Counted from the first letter of the stretch, positions 1 to 10,848 are shown. The stretch: 38,280 bases of DNA from Folioceros fuciformis (GCA_049999805.1 JBNGIO010006370.1:204657-242936); one strand, 5' to 3'. Made by a program: numbers and translations. Notes: generated by a model from the sequence alone, not told the origin.

Positions 1-171
1 CTGTACCGGCACAATCGAGGGAGTTGGGAGGCTGTACCGGCACAATCGAGGGAGTTGGGAGGCTGTACCGGCACAATCGAGGGAGTTGGGAGGCTGTACC
101 GGCACAATCGAGGGAGTTGGGAGGCTGTACCGGCACAATCGAGGGAGTTGGGAGGCTGTACCGGCACAATC
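1..171. repeat. 31-bp minisatellite, 5.5 identical copies (runs off the window edge)
   Basis: Unit CTGTACCGGCACAATCGAGGGAGTTGGGAGG starts at 1, 32, 63, 94, 125, 156 (partial). Confidence 0.97.
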
Positions 172-342
172 ATAGGAGCTGAGGCTTGGTCTCATTACCA
201 ACGCACTGCACGTTTGCTACATACATGACCTTGCGCACGTCGTCCTCAATCCCGATGAACTTCTTGCTATTCAGGTCCTTGCAGAAAGCTGTGGAGTTGT
301 CCTCTCACTGATTCCCAAACAAGGAGACAGCTGTGCATCCTC
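172..342 (-). pseudogene. Degenerate fragment resembling a BRAP2 domain (BRIZ/BRAP-type RING ubiquitin ligase N-terminus)
   Basis: Manual minus-strand translation EDNSTAFCKDLNSKKFIGIEDDVRKVMYVANVQ resembles the BRAP2 pattern F-x4-N-x3-F-x2-(I/L)E(D/E)DVC-x3-(Y/F)V; bounded by stops/frameshift. Confidence 0.4.
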
Positions 343-566
343 CCCCGGATCGGTTCCAGGCCGACAGCCTCCCGTCCAGGTGCCCGCCCAGTCGGCTGCA
401 CACATCGCTGCCTTCCGGCCAGCCTGCCTTGCCAACCCACCTGCTTTGCCAGCTCGCCTGGATCCACCGCTTACCTTGCCAGCTCACACCGCCTGCTAGA
501 GATCCGCCCCGGCCTGCCTCAGATTTGTCGCCGCCTGCCTTCTACCAGTCCGGCCAGCCACCACTG

Positions 567-1151
567 GAGGTGAATGCCGTAGAATGACAGGTTCGCGGTT
601 TTCGTTGACGCGTAGTTGTTGATGTCCAGCCCGACGTGGTTGGAGTCGTTGACGGGATCGATACCCGGGTTGTAATAGGTGTCGAACTCAATGGCCAGGA
701 CTTGAAGGCTGGGATCGCCGCCAACGTATGAGGTGTCGTAGATACCGAGAGAAGCACCCTCGTAGCTAGGTGGGATGTCAGGGATGGGAGCGATGATGAA
801 GGTCATTCCATCAGCCATGTAGTACGGGGGGACCGCTTTCATCCTGAAGGTGAAGGAGGTGTTGAAGGAAGCTTCCGCACCTGAACCCACATCATAGAAC
901 TGCACCGGGGAAGGAAACACCGCTCTGGACACCAGACCGAGCCCTGCACCACTCTTCGGGTCGCTATTGTTGACAGTGAGCTGCAGAACTCCTCCGGCTC
1001 CCACACTGCAGTTACCGCTCAGCCGGATGCCCGATAGTGAGAAGTCGTGGAAGGAGAATCCCACATTTTGCGCACGGCAGCAGCTCAGTTTCACGCCCAG
1101 CAGAGGAAGTAGCAGGAGGGAACAGATGCGGAGCAGGCACAACCGATTCAT
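567..1151 (-). pseudogene. L-type lectin receptor kinase, 5' fragment (signal peptide + N-terminal part of legume-lectin domain)
   Basis: ORF 519..1151 is a close paralog of the N-terminus of 29791..31911 (ASFNTSFTF, DGMTF, AIEFDT, SNHVGLDIN). Homology stops after NLSFYGIHL at ~567, where unrelated GC-rich DNA begins. Confidence 0.9.
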
Positions 1152-1512
1152 CGATCTATCTCCCAGGAGGAGCTTAATTATCTTTCTCCTGGTCCTTCGG
1201 GAACATCCGATTCACATATCGATCTCCCGCGAGGCGAGCGTCTCCCTCGGACGTCCTTGAGGAACATTCTGGGTTGGAAGATTTGTGGGATGGAGGAGTC
1301 AAATACGAAGGACGGTTATCCAGAGACGCAGCGGCCATGGATGTACCGTTCGCAAGGGCTCGTTTCCAGGCGGTAGGTGAAAACAGAAGGTTTGGATGCA
1401 CATCGGGAAGTGGGCGCCGCGCCTCGCATGTCAGGACAGTCCGTTCGAACGCAAGTCATGCAGCAGGTCGTGGCTAGTCATCAAAATCCCTCATCCCGAG
1501 CACGCTTGACTT
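1152..1512 (-). promoter_or_regulatory. Upstream/5'UTR region of the LecRK 5' fragment, paralogous to 31912-32257
   Basis: Shared blocks GGGAACATCCGAT, GTCCTTGAGGAAC, CGAAGGACG(G/A)TTATCCAGAGACGCAGC, ATCGGGAAGTGG, CGCTTGACTT at matching positions upstream of both ATGs. Confidence 0.6.
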
Positions 1513-1893
1513 TGACGCAATTCAGGAGTTCTCCACGTACACACGCTGCACGTTTTAGTACCTTAACCATCTAGGGGACGTCGATGGAGAAAAATCGAAG
1601 GCCGCCGGTCGCACGCACTTGTTCTAATTGTTCATGGTCCGGTATGGGTTCGTCACGAGAAAAGACAGTCACGACTACGAAACCTAGAGCTTAGTGGGTT
1701 AACTTGGACAAGACAAAGAAGCACTCCACCATGTATCCCATGCCTTGTGTTTGTCGTCAAGTCGAAAACAAAAAAAACCTGCCCGCGGCTGGAGCTGGCC
1801 TATGTTGATAATAGTGATTGGCTTGAGAATCATTGAAGGAGAAACACATGAGACGGAGGAAAGCGGGCTATGAGGTAGTAAAGAGGGCTTGAT

Positions 1894-1919
1894 GGGTTTA
1901 GGGTTCAGGGTTTAGGGTT
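1894..1919 (+). repeat. Short plant telomere-like (TTTAGGG) tract / telo-box
   Basis: GGGTTTAGGGTTCAGGGTTTAGGGTT, about 3.5 units. Confidence 0.65.
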
Positions 1920-2323
1920 GAACATATCCTATGCACTAATGCTAATGTCACTAGGAGCCCGATGAAGGGCGGGGAGTCTGGCAATGGAGCAATTAAGCTT
2001 GATGATGTACATACCGCAGCAATGCGTATTGCTGTCGAACATATACACCAGTGCCCAGATGTGAGAGCAGGCAGAAACGATGCATGGGGCTTCAACGCTG
2101 CCAGCTGAGACCTCGTGGACAGATCGAAACGGGGCCGTGCATAGTTTTGTGGCTGCGGACGACAAGCATGTACAAAGCAGTCTAGATCTACCAACGCTCG
2201 AGAAGACCCTATCCAAAATGAAGACAGAATATGCAGGCCGGGGACGCCCGTAGTGCTATTGAAAGTTGGAAATGGTCCCAAAGTGGGCGCCTGAACCCAA
2301 CGGGCTGGCTCCTTGGACCTTGG

Positions 2324-2979
2324 GTGTTTACTTGTTAGTTGCAGCTTGATATTTGATGGATTTCTCGGGTAACGGCGAGCAAGTCAGAGCAGCTCGGAAG
2401 CTGTCAGCAAAGAATTCCAAATGATGTTCTGGTCTTACACCCAGCAAAACATGAGAGACTCAAGACAAATATTTGAACGATGCTTGAATCTTCATGTTTC
2501 GATTGCAACTCAGGAGAAGCAGTGATGCCCACCACGAAGGTCCAGTGAATGTCAGTCAGATTCGAACCCTTGAGATCAGTTGCAGAGTTGAATACACCAA
2601 TCCGCTGAGAGGTTCAAAGGTTGGGACGCGGAGTTTCTGGCCACTCTTCTCATTGCTCTGCTCCTGGGCTATGCATGGAGATCCAGCGAAAAGCGTGCAG
2701 CCCTGGCACTCCTTGTCATGATAGTGCACACAATACTATTGTCCATGCCACAAAGGGTTCTCTTGTCTTCTGCGTCCCACTCCTTGCCATGATAGTTCAC
2801 ACAATACTATTGTACATCCCACAAAGGCTCCTTCTTGTCCTCTTCCTCCAACCCTTATGTGTCTGCTGAATCGCCTTCTTGGCAGGATCCTTTGGGAACA
2901 GCGCAAAAGCATGTGCAGGATTAAAGGAACCGGCGCCCGTAGAGGGAACGCTCAGCCTTCCAACCAGGGCATCCATCTC
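2324..2979 (-). repeat. 3' flank of LecRK copy 2, segmental duplicate of ~28895-29790
   Basis: Colinear matches, e.g. CAAGTCAGAGC, TTACACCCA(G/A)CAAAACATGA, CAGTGATGCCCACCACGA, CTTTGGGAACAGCGCAAAAGCATG, CCAACCAGGGCATC. Confidence 0.85.
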
Positions 2980-3833
2980 TCAGAATGATACTACCGTTGC
3001 CCGGGGAATGTCCTGAATCTGAAAGCCGAACACGGCACCTGGTCTACACCTGGGCAGCGGAGGTGGTTCAACTTCACCCTGGACAACTCGAAACCTCTCT
3101 GCCCAGGAAAGCACCCTCTCACTAGAGTAGAGGTGCCAGTCCAGGCTCAGGTTTGGCATGTACTCATACACAAGCAGGAGCTCGTCCCGATCATGGCACC
3201 AGCCACGGAGGTGCACCAGGTTCTTGTGCCGAAGCTGCCCCAAGCTCCTCACCGCCGCTCGAAACTCCTTTTCTCCCTGTGTGGAATCCTGCGAGATTCT
3301 TTTGATGGCCAGCTGGACATCCAAGTCCCCGATCCGCACCACGCCGCGGTACACACTCCCGAATCCACCTTTCCCGAGAACCAGTGACGGGCTGAAACCT
3401 TGAGTCGCATTCTTCAGCTCTTGGTAGGAGAAGGTTCGTATCCCGTAGCTCACATCCACATCGTCCGTGGAATTAGATGGGCGTGAGGGCTCGGAGCTCC
3501 TTCCTGTGGATGAAATGGGTGTTTTGTACACCATCATGAGAGCAGGAAGCTGCTCCATGCCAGTGTTCTCCGACGCCCCACCAGATGGACAACAAAAGAA
3601 CCAGCTGAGGCCACAGCCAAGAGCAACTGCCAGAAGCGTTGCCCCAATTGCGACCCCCGCAACCAAGCCGGTGTTGCTTCCTTGGCTGCTCTTGTTGCGT
3701 GCCTGGGGCTCAGTGGGAGCTTGAGGTTNNNNNNNNNNGTGGGAGCTTGAGGTTGGCTGCTCTTGTTGCGTGCCTGGGGCTCAGTTGGAGCTTGAGGCTG
3801 GGAGCTTGAGGCAAAAGAGTGGGAGCTCAGGCA
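2980..3833 (-). pseudogene. L-type lectin receptor kinase, truncated copy (stalk + TM + kinase N-lobe + C-tail; no lectin domain; 166-aa in-frame kinase deletion)
   Basis: ORF 2980..3666 aligns to the intact paralog, but RFRVVQ joins directly to GEVEPPPLP. Equivalent segments are 687 vs 1185 nt (498-nt deletion). Stalk homology (QAPTEPQA) continues to ~3833. N gap at 3729-3738. Confidence 0.9.
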
Positions 3834-3835
3834 AA

Positions 3836-4880
3836 GTTTCCACTGCTCCTGCGTTTGGGGGTATGTTAGTCTTCTCCTATACCAATGTTTGTATGCTCCC
3901 CTTCTTGCACCATGGTCGTAGTGTCTCCCTTGCTTCCGATATGAAATCAACTCCATGCATTAGAATAACTCTAAAAATATTATTCGACGTGCATTCACTA
4001 AATCCTTGAATCCTTTCATCCAACTCTGCTACATTCATCTGCTTGTCATACTCATGCCGCTGTAATCCTCGAGGCAAGTCTACAAATAGCAGCGTATAGT
4101 GGCGTTTGACAACAAAGGCCTTCATTTCTAGAATATTCTTGTAAATAACTTGATATTTCACCTTTTCGTTACTCGCCAGAACTCAAAAGTCTAATAAGCT
4201 TGCGTTGATATCAGTGGCCGCCAGCTTTTGCTTCTCTTCTTCCATTCTTTTCCAGTTTTTTGCCGAATATACAAAATCCTGGAATGGCTTCGACAATGAC
4301 TCCAAGTCTGTTATATCTCCAGGTTTCTGCAACCAGAATAGTACTCGTTAGTGTGCCTACCAATAAGGCTACTTAAACCTTAGCAGGCAGGAATGCGCCG
4401 GTCTACCAGCGCACTGGGGTCCCAGCCGGTAGAAGTGCGCCGGTCTACTAGCACACTAGAGCCCTAGCCGGCTGCTCCAGTGCACCGGTCTACCGGCGCA
4501 GTGGAGCCCGAGCCGGTGGGAGTGCGCCAGTCTACCGGCGCACTGGAGCCCAAGCCAGCGGGAGTGCGCCGGTCTACCGGCGCCCTGGGGTTAGACTCAG
4601 CTCCAGTGTGCCGATTTACCAACACATGAGGCCCGAACAGGCTGGAGTGCGCCGGTCTACCGGCGCACTCTAGCATCATATTACTCGGTTTAGCCTCCAT
4701 CTTCTGTACCCAGTCCGGATCGTGAGGATCTCCACCTTCATCAGTCATACCTAGCAACCTGCAAAGGTTAAACTTCCACTTCACTGGCGGCTTCTCATCC
4801 ACTGAATGAGTCCGAAAGAAAATATCTAGCTCGTCATGAATGTATCATACCTGCTCAATGAACCCCATCCTCATCCTTTC
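3836..4880 (-). pseudogene. Disrupted transposon-associated gene with N4/N6 DNA methyltransferase-like motifs (two exons, probable intron ~4328-4690)
   Basis: After a TTGCAG acceptor at 4328 one frame reads KPGDITD...LLDF*VLASNEKVKYQVIYKNILEM...HYTLLFVDLPRGLQRHEYDK...FRVILMHG...SIQTLV*EKTNIPP. The stops are single transitions from CGA/TGG. DLPxG..(W/Y)D and WxKxN resemble beta-class amino-MTase motifs. Upstream exon ~4690-4880. Confidence 0.45.
4393..4670. repeat. Array of 7 ~42-bp units, each with the palindrome GTGCGCCGGT-CT-ACCGGCGCAC
   Basis: Copies at ~4393, 4435, 4480, 4522, 4564, 4606, 4645; perfect 12-bp arms at 4645-4670. Confidence 0.92.
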
Positions 4881-5060
4881 GGATGCTGAGCCTGGGCTTT
4901 GGGTTGTTACTGAAGTATGATCGTATAGATCATCGGATGCTGAGCTTGGCCTTTGGGTTGTTACTGAAGTATGATCGTATAGATCATCGGATGCTGAGCC
5001 TGGGCTTTGGGTTGTTACTGAAGTATGATCGTATAGATCATCGGATGCTGAGCCTGGGCT
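4879..5060. repeat. 54-bp tandem repeat, 3.3 copies, abutting a PBS
   Basis: Unit GGATGCTGAGCCTGGGCTTTGGGTTGTTACTGAAGTATGATCGTATAGATCATC at 4881, 4935, 4989, 5043 (partial). Confidence 0.95.
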
Positions 5061-5122
5061 CTGATACCATGTGAACTCTCGTAGCATAGACTACATGCAT
5101 CTATGCAGGCATGACCAGAAGT

Positions 5123-5399
5123 GTGCTTTACATTACTATGAGAATAAGAGAAAGTTAGAAAAGTATGTAGATCAGGGGTCCTTTTATAGGAGCCCGGGTA
5201 CCCCTTCATAGGGGTGCTTTACATTACTATGAGAATAAGAGAAAGTTAGAAAAGTATGCAGATCAGGGGTCCTTTTATAGGAGCCCGGGTACCCCTTTAT
5301 AGGGGTGCTTTACATTACTATGAGAATAAGAGAAAGTTAGAAAAGTATGTAGATCAGGGGTCCTTTTATAGGAGCCCGGGTACCCCTTCATAGGGGTGC
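5123..5399. repeat. 91-bp tandem triplication inside the LTR
   Basis: Units start at 5123, 5214, 5305; each ends in the hairpin-like ACCCCTT(C/T)ATAGGGGT. Confidence 0.95.
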
Positions 5400-5480
5400 G
5401 ACTATTCGCTTAACGAGCTAGGGTTAGCCTAACTCTCCTGACTATTGGCTAGGGTTATGTGACTCTTACTAATCTTAACA

Positions 5481-8400
5481 AGCCCTTAAAAACCTTCAAC
5501 TCTGCAAGATGCGAGATGGTGACTCAGTAGAAAAGCACATTGCTACCTTCGGACATCTTGTTTCTAAGTTGGAGGGAACAACTCAGGAAGCCATCAAGGA
5601 AGATATGTTAGCACTCTATTTGATGCTTTCATTACCTGCCTCCTGGTCGAATTTTGACTTCGTACAACACCTCACAGGCACAAGCTCAAAAACTGGCGTC
5701 TGCTGCCAGGATTAAGCTGCCTCCCATGACCTTTTCTGAGTTAGTGGGAGCACTTCTTCAAGAAGAGGCCACAAGAGGTGGGCCTAAGGATGGGAAACAG
5801 CAAGCACTCTACACCTCAAACAAGGGCAGAGGAAACAAACCATACCCTCGAGGCAAAAATACTACACCTGTTGTAGGAAGCTCACAAGGAGTTCCCTCAC
5901 AAAAGAAACCCAAAAAGACCGGGAAATGCAACTGGTGCAAAATTCCCGGCCATTGGGAAAATGAGTGTCGTAAGAAGCAGGCTAGCATACCTCGCAAGGA
6001 GGGCAATGCGAATGCTGAAACACACGTCGTAGTAAAGAAGCAATCCTCTCCTTCTGCCCTGACAGTAAGGGTAAGGGAGTTTGCTCAACCTCTAGTCCTT
6101 CCCACATGTTTATCTGCTATAGCAGAGTCTAAACCAATTCAAGAATGGTACTTAGACACAGGCGCAACAGCGCACATCTGCTTTGATAGAAGGGCCTTCG
6201 CAAACTACAGACAAGTAAAGGATCAGTTTGTCTATTTAGGTGATGATAGGGCATTGGTATCTCCAGGAAAGGGCACAATGTTCCTTCCTATCCCCTCGGG
6301 GCTAAAACTGTCCTTTACCAATGTTTATTATGTGCCTGGAATGACCAGGAACCTCATTTCTGTCAGGCAACTAAACATAGACAACAATAGTCACATTCTG
6401 TTTACCCCCACAGAGTGCCAGATCCTAGATGCTTTTGATCATCGCAAGGTCTTAGCATATGGATCCTCTGACCACGATCTCTTTTGCCTTCACTTGCACA
6501 GTATTCTTGTGCAGTCTCATTTGACGTCACAAGGTGACCTATCACCTTCACATCAAATAGACAAAGCCATATTATGGCACAATAGGTTAGGTCATCCTCA
6601 TGGAGCTAAGCTACAAAAACTGGCTACCAGTGATCTATATTATGATGGAAAGATTGGCACTCTTCCCACCTTACCCCTGTGTGAAGCTTGTGTGTTGTCT
6701 AAGTGTCACTAAGCAGCCTTCAAAAACAGGACTCCACATAGAGCTTCTGATGTTCTTGAGTTAGTCCACACTGATATATGTGGGCCATTATCACAGCCTT
6801 CAATAGGTGGTGGCAAGTACTTCTTAACCTTCACTGATGACAAGACAAGGTTTGTCATGGCTTATATCTTGAAGGCCAAAAGTGAAGCCTTCTCTCAATG
6901 CAAAACTTACTTAAAATTTGTTGAGAGATGGACAGGACAATAGCTCAAGACTCTCCGCTCGGATAACGGAGGAGAATTCACATCTAACGAATTTCAAACC
7001 TATTGTGCAGAGGAGGGTACTGGGCGACAGCTCACCGTTGTGTACATGCCACAGCAAAATGGCGTTGCAGAACGCCTGAATTTGACTTTACAGGAGATGG
7101 TTTCCTCCTTGCTCCATCAAGCTACCTTACCATTTCCCTATTGGGCTAAGGCCCTAATGACAGCTGTTTATCTAAGAAATAGATTCGTAGGTCAAACACC
7201 ATATGAGGCTTTTTTGGCAGGAAACCGTCTATCTTTCATCTTCGAACCTTTGGCTGTGTTGCTTATGCCTTCATTCCAAAGGAGAACCGAAAGAAGCTAC
7301 CTGCAAAAGGCAAAAAACTCCTCATGATAGGTTACACTGAGGGCATAAAAGCTTATAAACTTTATGATGTCCCTCAAAACAAGGTGATCTATGCACGAAG
7401 TGTTACCTTTGCCGAAGGACGTGTTTGGACATCAGTGGGAGCACCTCCCACCTCCCATGATAATGCTGAACTTGATCTGTCTGTTCTCCCCAACGTCACT
7501 TTCTTTGCTGACTCAACACCTGAGGAGATTGCTCCTGTAGGGGGGGATGAGCATAATCAAGACGAGCATGACAATCAAGTTGAGCATGACAATCAAGTTG
7601 ACATAGCAAAGGACGATGCCTTTGCTGATCTTGATGAACAGCAGCAGCAATCTCCCATTGCTGTTGAGCTACAACCTGAACCAGACATACCCGATCTTAG
7701 TGACGATGAAGTCGCAGATGATGCAGCTGTTGTCCGGGATAGTGATGATGATGCTGATGTAGTTGAACTACCTGTACGTCGATACCCTGCAAGAGAAAGT
7801 CGTGCACCTGATTATTATCAGTCACATAATTTCATGACAAGTTCAGCACGTGCTCATGCTATTAGTCTGGACTCGATAGAGCCTCGTACTTATGAAGAAG
7901 CCATGAGTAGGCCAGATGCTGCAGAGTGGAAAAAGGCCGTTCAGTCTGAGTATGATAGCCTGATCAAGAATGGCACTTGGGAACTCGCAAAGTTACATCC
8001 TGGACGCAAAATGGTGTCCTGCAAATGGATATTTAAGCTCAAGGTTAAAGCAGATGGTACCTTTGACAGGTACAAAGCTAGACTCATTGCTTGAGGCTTT
8101 TCCCAAGTACCAGGTCTGGATTATCTGGAAACTTATGCTCCTGTCGTGAAGCTAGCCACGTTTTGTGTTCTCTGCGCAGTAGCAGCACACCATGACTATG
8201 AGTTGGAAATGTTTGACGTTGAAACAGCTTTCTTACATGGCAAGCTGGATACTAAAAATAAAATAAAATAAAAAAATTATATGCAGCAACCGATGGGCTA
8301 CATAGTAAAGGGAAAAGGGGACATGTCCTTTGCCTAATCAAAACCCTATATGGCTTAAAACAATCTGCTCTTGAATGCAATGTAGTTTTAGATGAGGAGC

Positions 8401-9486
8401 TGCAAGCTCTAGGCTTCATCAAATATGTTTTAGACAGTAGCCTGTATGTTTACAGGGCTGGAGACACTGTATGTTACCTAGCTGTGTACGTGAATGACTT
8501 GATACTCGCATGTAACAGTCCCTCCTTTATCGCAAAAATTAATGGCCTCCTATCCAAGAAGTTTGAGATGTCAAACTTAGGAGCTTTACAAAGCTGCCTT
8601 GGCATACATATTTAAAGAGATCGAAAGAAGAGTTTTAATTGTCACTCAACCAAGATACCTTCTTGATAGCGTAGACCAGCTTGGACTCAAGGACGCGAAG
8701 CCTGCAGTCACACCATTACCAAGTGGACTTAAGCTGAGTAAATCCATGAGCCCACAACCACAATCTGAAAAGGACAAAATGCTTCCTATCCCTTACCGCA
8801 AGGCAGTAGGAAAGCTTATATATGCAGCAAACGCTACTCGTCCTGAAGTGGCAAATTCCACAAGTGTGCTTTCACAATACTTGGAAAACCCTGCACAGGA
8901 GCACTGGACTTGTGTTAAAAGAGTATTTCGATACTTAAAGGGAATAGCGCAGTATGGAATTGTTTACAAATACAAACCTGATGCTGCTCTTGAATTAGAC
9001 GTATATACCGATTCAGAATATGCTGGTGATATAGACAGTAGAAGATCAGTCTCTGGATACATCGTCATGTTTGCTAGAGGACCAATCTGTTGGTCTAGCA
9101 AGAAGCAACCAATTGTTGCCCTCTCAAGCACAGAAGCAGAATATCGTGTCCTCACATCCGCTTCTAAAGACGTTGCTTGGTGCAAACTACTCTTCAGTGA
9201 ACTTGGACTACCTCTACCTACCTACACAGTGATTAAAATAGATAGTCAGGGATCTATAAACCTGGCAAAAAACCTTGTTCATCACTCAAGGACAAAACAC
9301 GTTAAGGTAGAATATCACTTTATCAGAGATTTGATCAAGAGTGGACAGGTTGTACTCGAGTATGTGCCAACAACATAAAACCCAGCAGACATTATGACAA
9401 AAGCCCTAGGTAGGGAGCTGCACGAGAGGCACATGAAATGTCTTAGAATGGGGAAGCCAAGTGACTTCCTCAGTCTTGCAGTTTAA
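5481..9486 (+). pseudogene. copia gag-pol polyprotein with multiple stops/frameshifts
   Basis: ORF pieces 5509..5715, 5654..6712, 7040..7327, 7324..8094, 8599..9378 in GAG-PR-INT-RT-RH order; (AAAAT)n insertion at ~8254-8277. Confidence 0.92.
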
Positions 9487-9495
9487 AGTCCCAAA

Positions 9496-10528
9496 CTACC
9501 AGTCATATCCCCAGTATACGCTGCCTTCATCCACATTATGAACAAGCACACTTGCATGACTGCCAAAAGAATCAGGCTCAGAGGAATCAGAATCATGTTC
9601 AGAGGGAGTGGTAAAGCTCTCATCCGATCTTGGAGAGTTTCTCTTCCTACGCTCCATGTAGGAGATTCTCTCCTCAGTCTCTAGGCTATGCTCTTCCTCC
9701 AGCCGCAATTCAGATCTTGCAGGGCAAGTGGGAGCTTGTTGGAGAATTGTAAGAAGAAGGCAATGGGGATACTGACATAAAAGTAGACAGGGCACACTTA
9801 CTGTAAAAGCTGACAATATGATGCTGATACTCACGATAGTGCTCTATCCTTACTCGTACCATCTTCAGGTTTGTGTAAGAGCACTTATACCACAGAGGGG
9901 TACAAGGAATAGCAAAAGAACTAAGGCTCACAATCTTGGTTTCTTCATCAGAGTGTGTCGGAACTGGAAATCTCATCAACACAGCAGGCCTATGGTCAGA
10001 ATCAGCATACGCGAACTCACCAGCTTTGAAGCAGAGCTTGTCACTATGATCGCTCCAAAGAGGCTTCTCTTTAGGGGTAGCCGTCTTACGGGGAGCTGTC
10101 TTACACGCAGCGCCAACCTTTGTCTTACAGTATGAAGCATCTGACGAGCGCCGCTGATCAAGATAAGCCTTGGTGGTGCCGCGTAGTCTTCCTCGCGAAC
10201 GCCTCCCGCTGCTGTCACCTTGAGGAGCAGGAGCAGGCATCTTTGTTGATCCTTGCTGCTGAGAGGAGGCAGCTGTTCTAGTCAACTTGCTCACAAACCG
10301 CCCTAGCTTGTCGTGATGGCAAACGCGGCGCTTTGCAGGAGGGGAGTCACTGGCTGAGGACAACATCTTGAGATCAGAGATCCTACGCCCCAATAGCTTA
10401 CAAATAAAGGACTTGAAGCGAGGAGGGATGCTATAAGGGTCAGACACACCTATTACCCAAGTTTGTACAGATACGCTCCGTCGCGTTCCTTTAAAGGCAA
10501 AGGTGTCGGCGCAACCCAGTACATGCAC
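9496..10528 (-). CDS. Antisense ORF(s) (272 aa + overlapping 112 aa) in the copia 3' region, unknown function, AT-hook-like motif
   Basis: ORFs 9710..10528 and 9496..9834 fill the space between the RNase H stop and the PPT; motifs PPAKRR and RRSRGRLRG. Confidence 0.4.
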
Positions 10529-10635
10529 ACTGCGAAGCTTTCAGCTCAGCTCTCAGTCTTACACTCGACCCATGTTAGAGAAGGCGAAGAGGAGACGTCC
10601 GAATCATCATAATCCAACAAGTGGGAGTGAAGGAG

Positions 10636-10848
10636 TATTGATGTTGGCATAATGAGATTAGCGTTATATTATATCCAGTTTCATATAGTGTGTATAGACT
10701 TAACATATCTTATTTCTTCGCTAGGGTTACGACTGTTAGTAATAGTCACACCCATTCATAAATAGTTAAGTTCAAGTTTCAGTGTTAATGTGACTCTCTC
10801 TTATATACATATACACAATATTATTTTTATAATAAATCTACATCTACA
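10636..10848 (+). repeat. Probable 3' LTR of the plus-strand copia
   Basis: Follows purine tract AAGTGGGAGTGAAGGAG; TATTGA (degenerate TGTTGA)...CTACA; partner LTR absent. Confidence 0.65.

Larger units (their letters stand above)
4879..5480 (-). mobile_element. Truncated LTR retrotransposon: 5' LTR (5070-5480) + tRNA-iMet PBS (5058-5069), inserted into gag of the adjacent copia
   Basis: Minus-strand TGGTATCAGAGC directly next to a TG...CA-bounded 411-bp segment. The sequence right after 5480 is mid-gag (ALKNLQLCKMRDGDSV). Confidence 0.8.
5481..10848 (+). mobile_element. Ty1/copia LTR retrotransposon, 5'-truncated, degenerate
   Basis: Gag Zn knuckle CNWCKIPGHWENEC, protease WYLDTGATAH, LWHNRLGH, integrase (QQNGVAER), RT (CKWIFKLK, YKARL), RNase H (ALSSTEAEY, RTKHV). 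PPT 10619-10635 and an AT-rich 3' LTR follow. Confidence 0.93.

Noticed and set aside
1-171. 31-bp repeat as a member of the transposon palindrome family (shares TACCGGC.CA)
   Set aside because: Only a half-site match, not palindromic, and a different period.
3684-3800. Expanded 45-bp stalk repeat (QAPTEPQARNKSS) in LecRK copy 2
   Set aside because: It straddles a 10-N gap, so copy number cannot be trusted.
519-3833. The two LecRK fragments as halves of one split gene
   Set aside because: On the minus strand the 3' half (2980-3833) lies upstream of the 5' half (567-1151), and each keeps its own flank, so they are separate tandem copies.
4393-5399. CRISPR-like arrays (42-, 54-, 91-bp periodicity with palindromes)
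   Set aside because: The spacers are themselves repeated or homologous, there are no cas genes, and the context is eukaryotic TE DNA.
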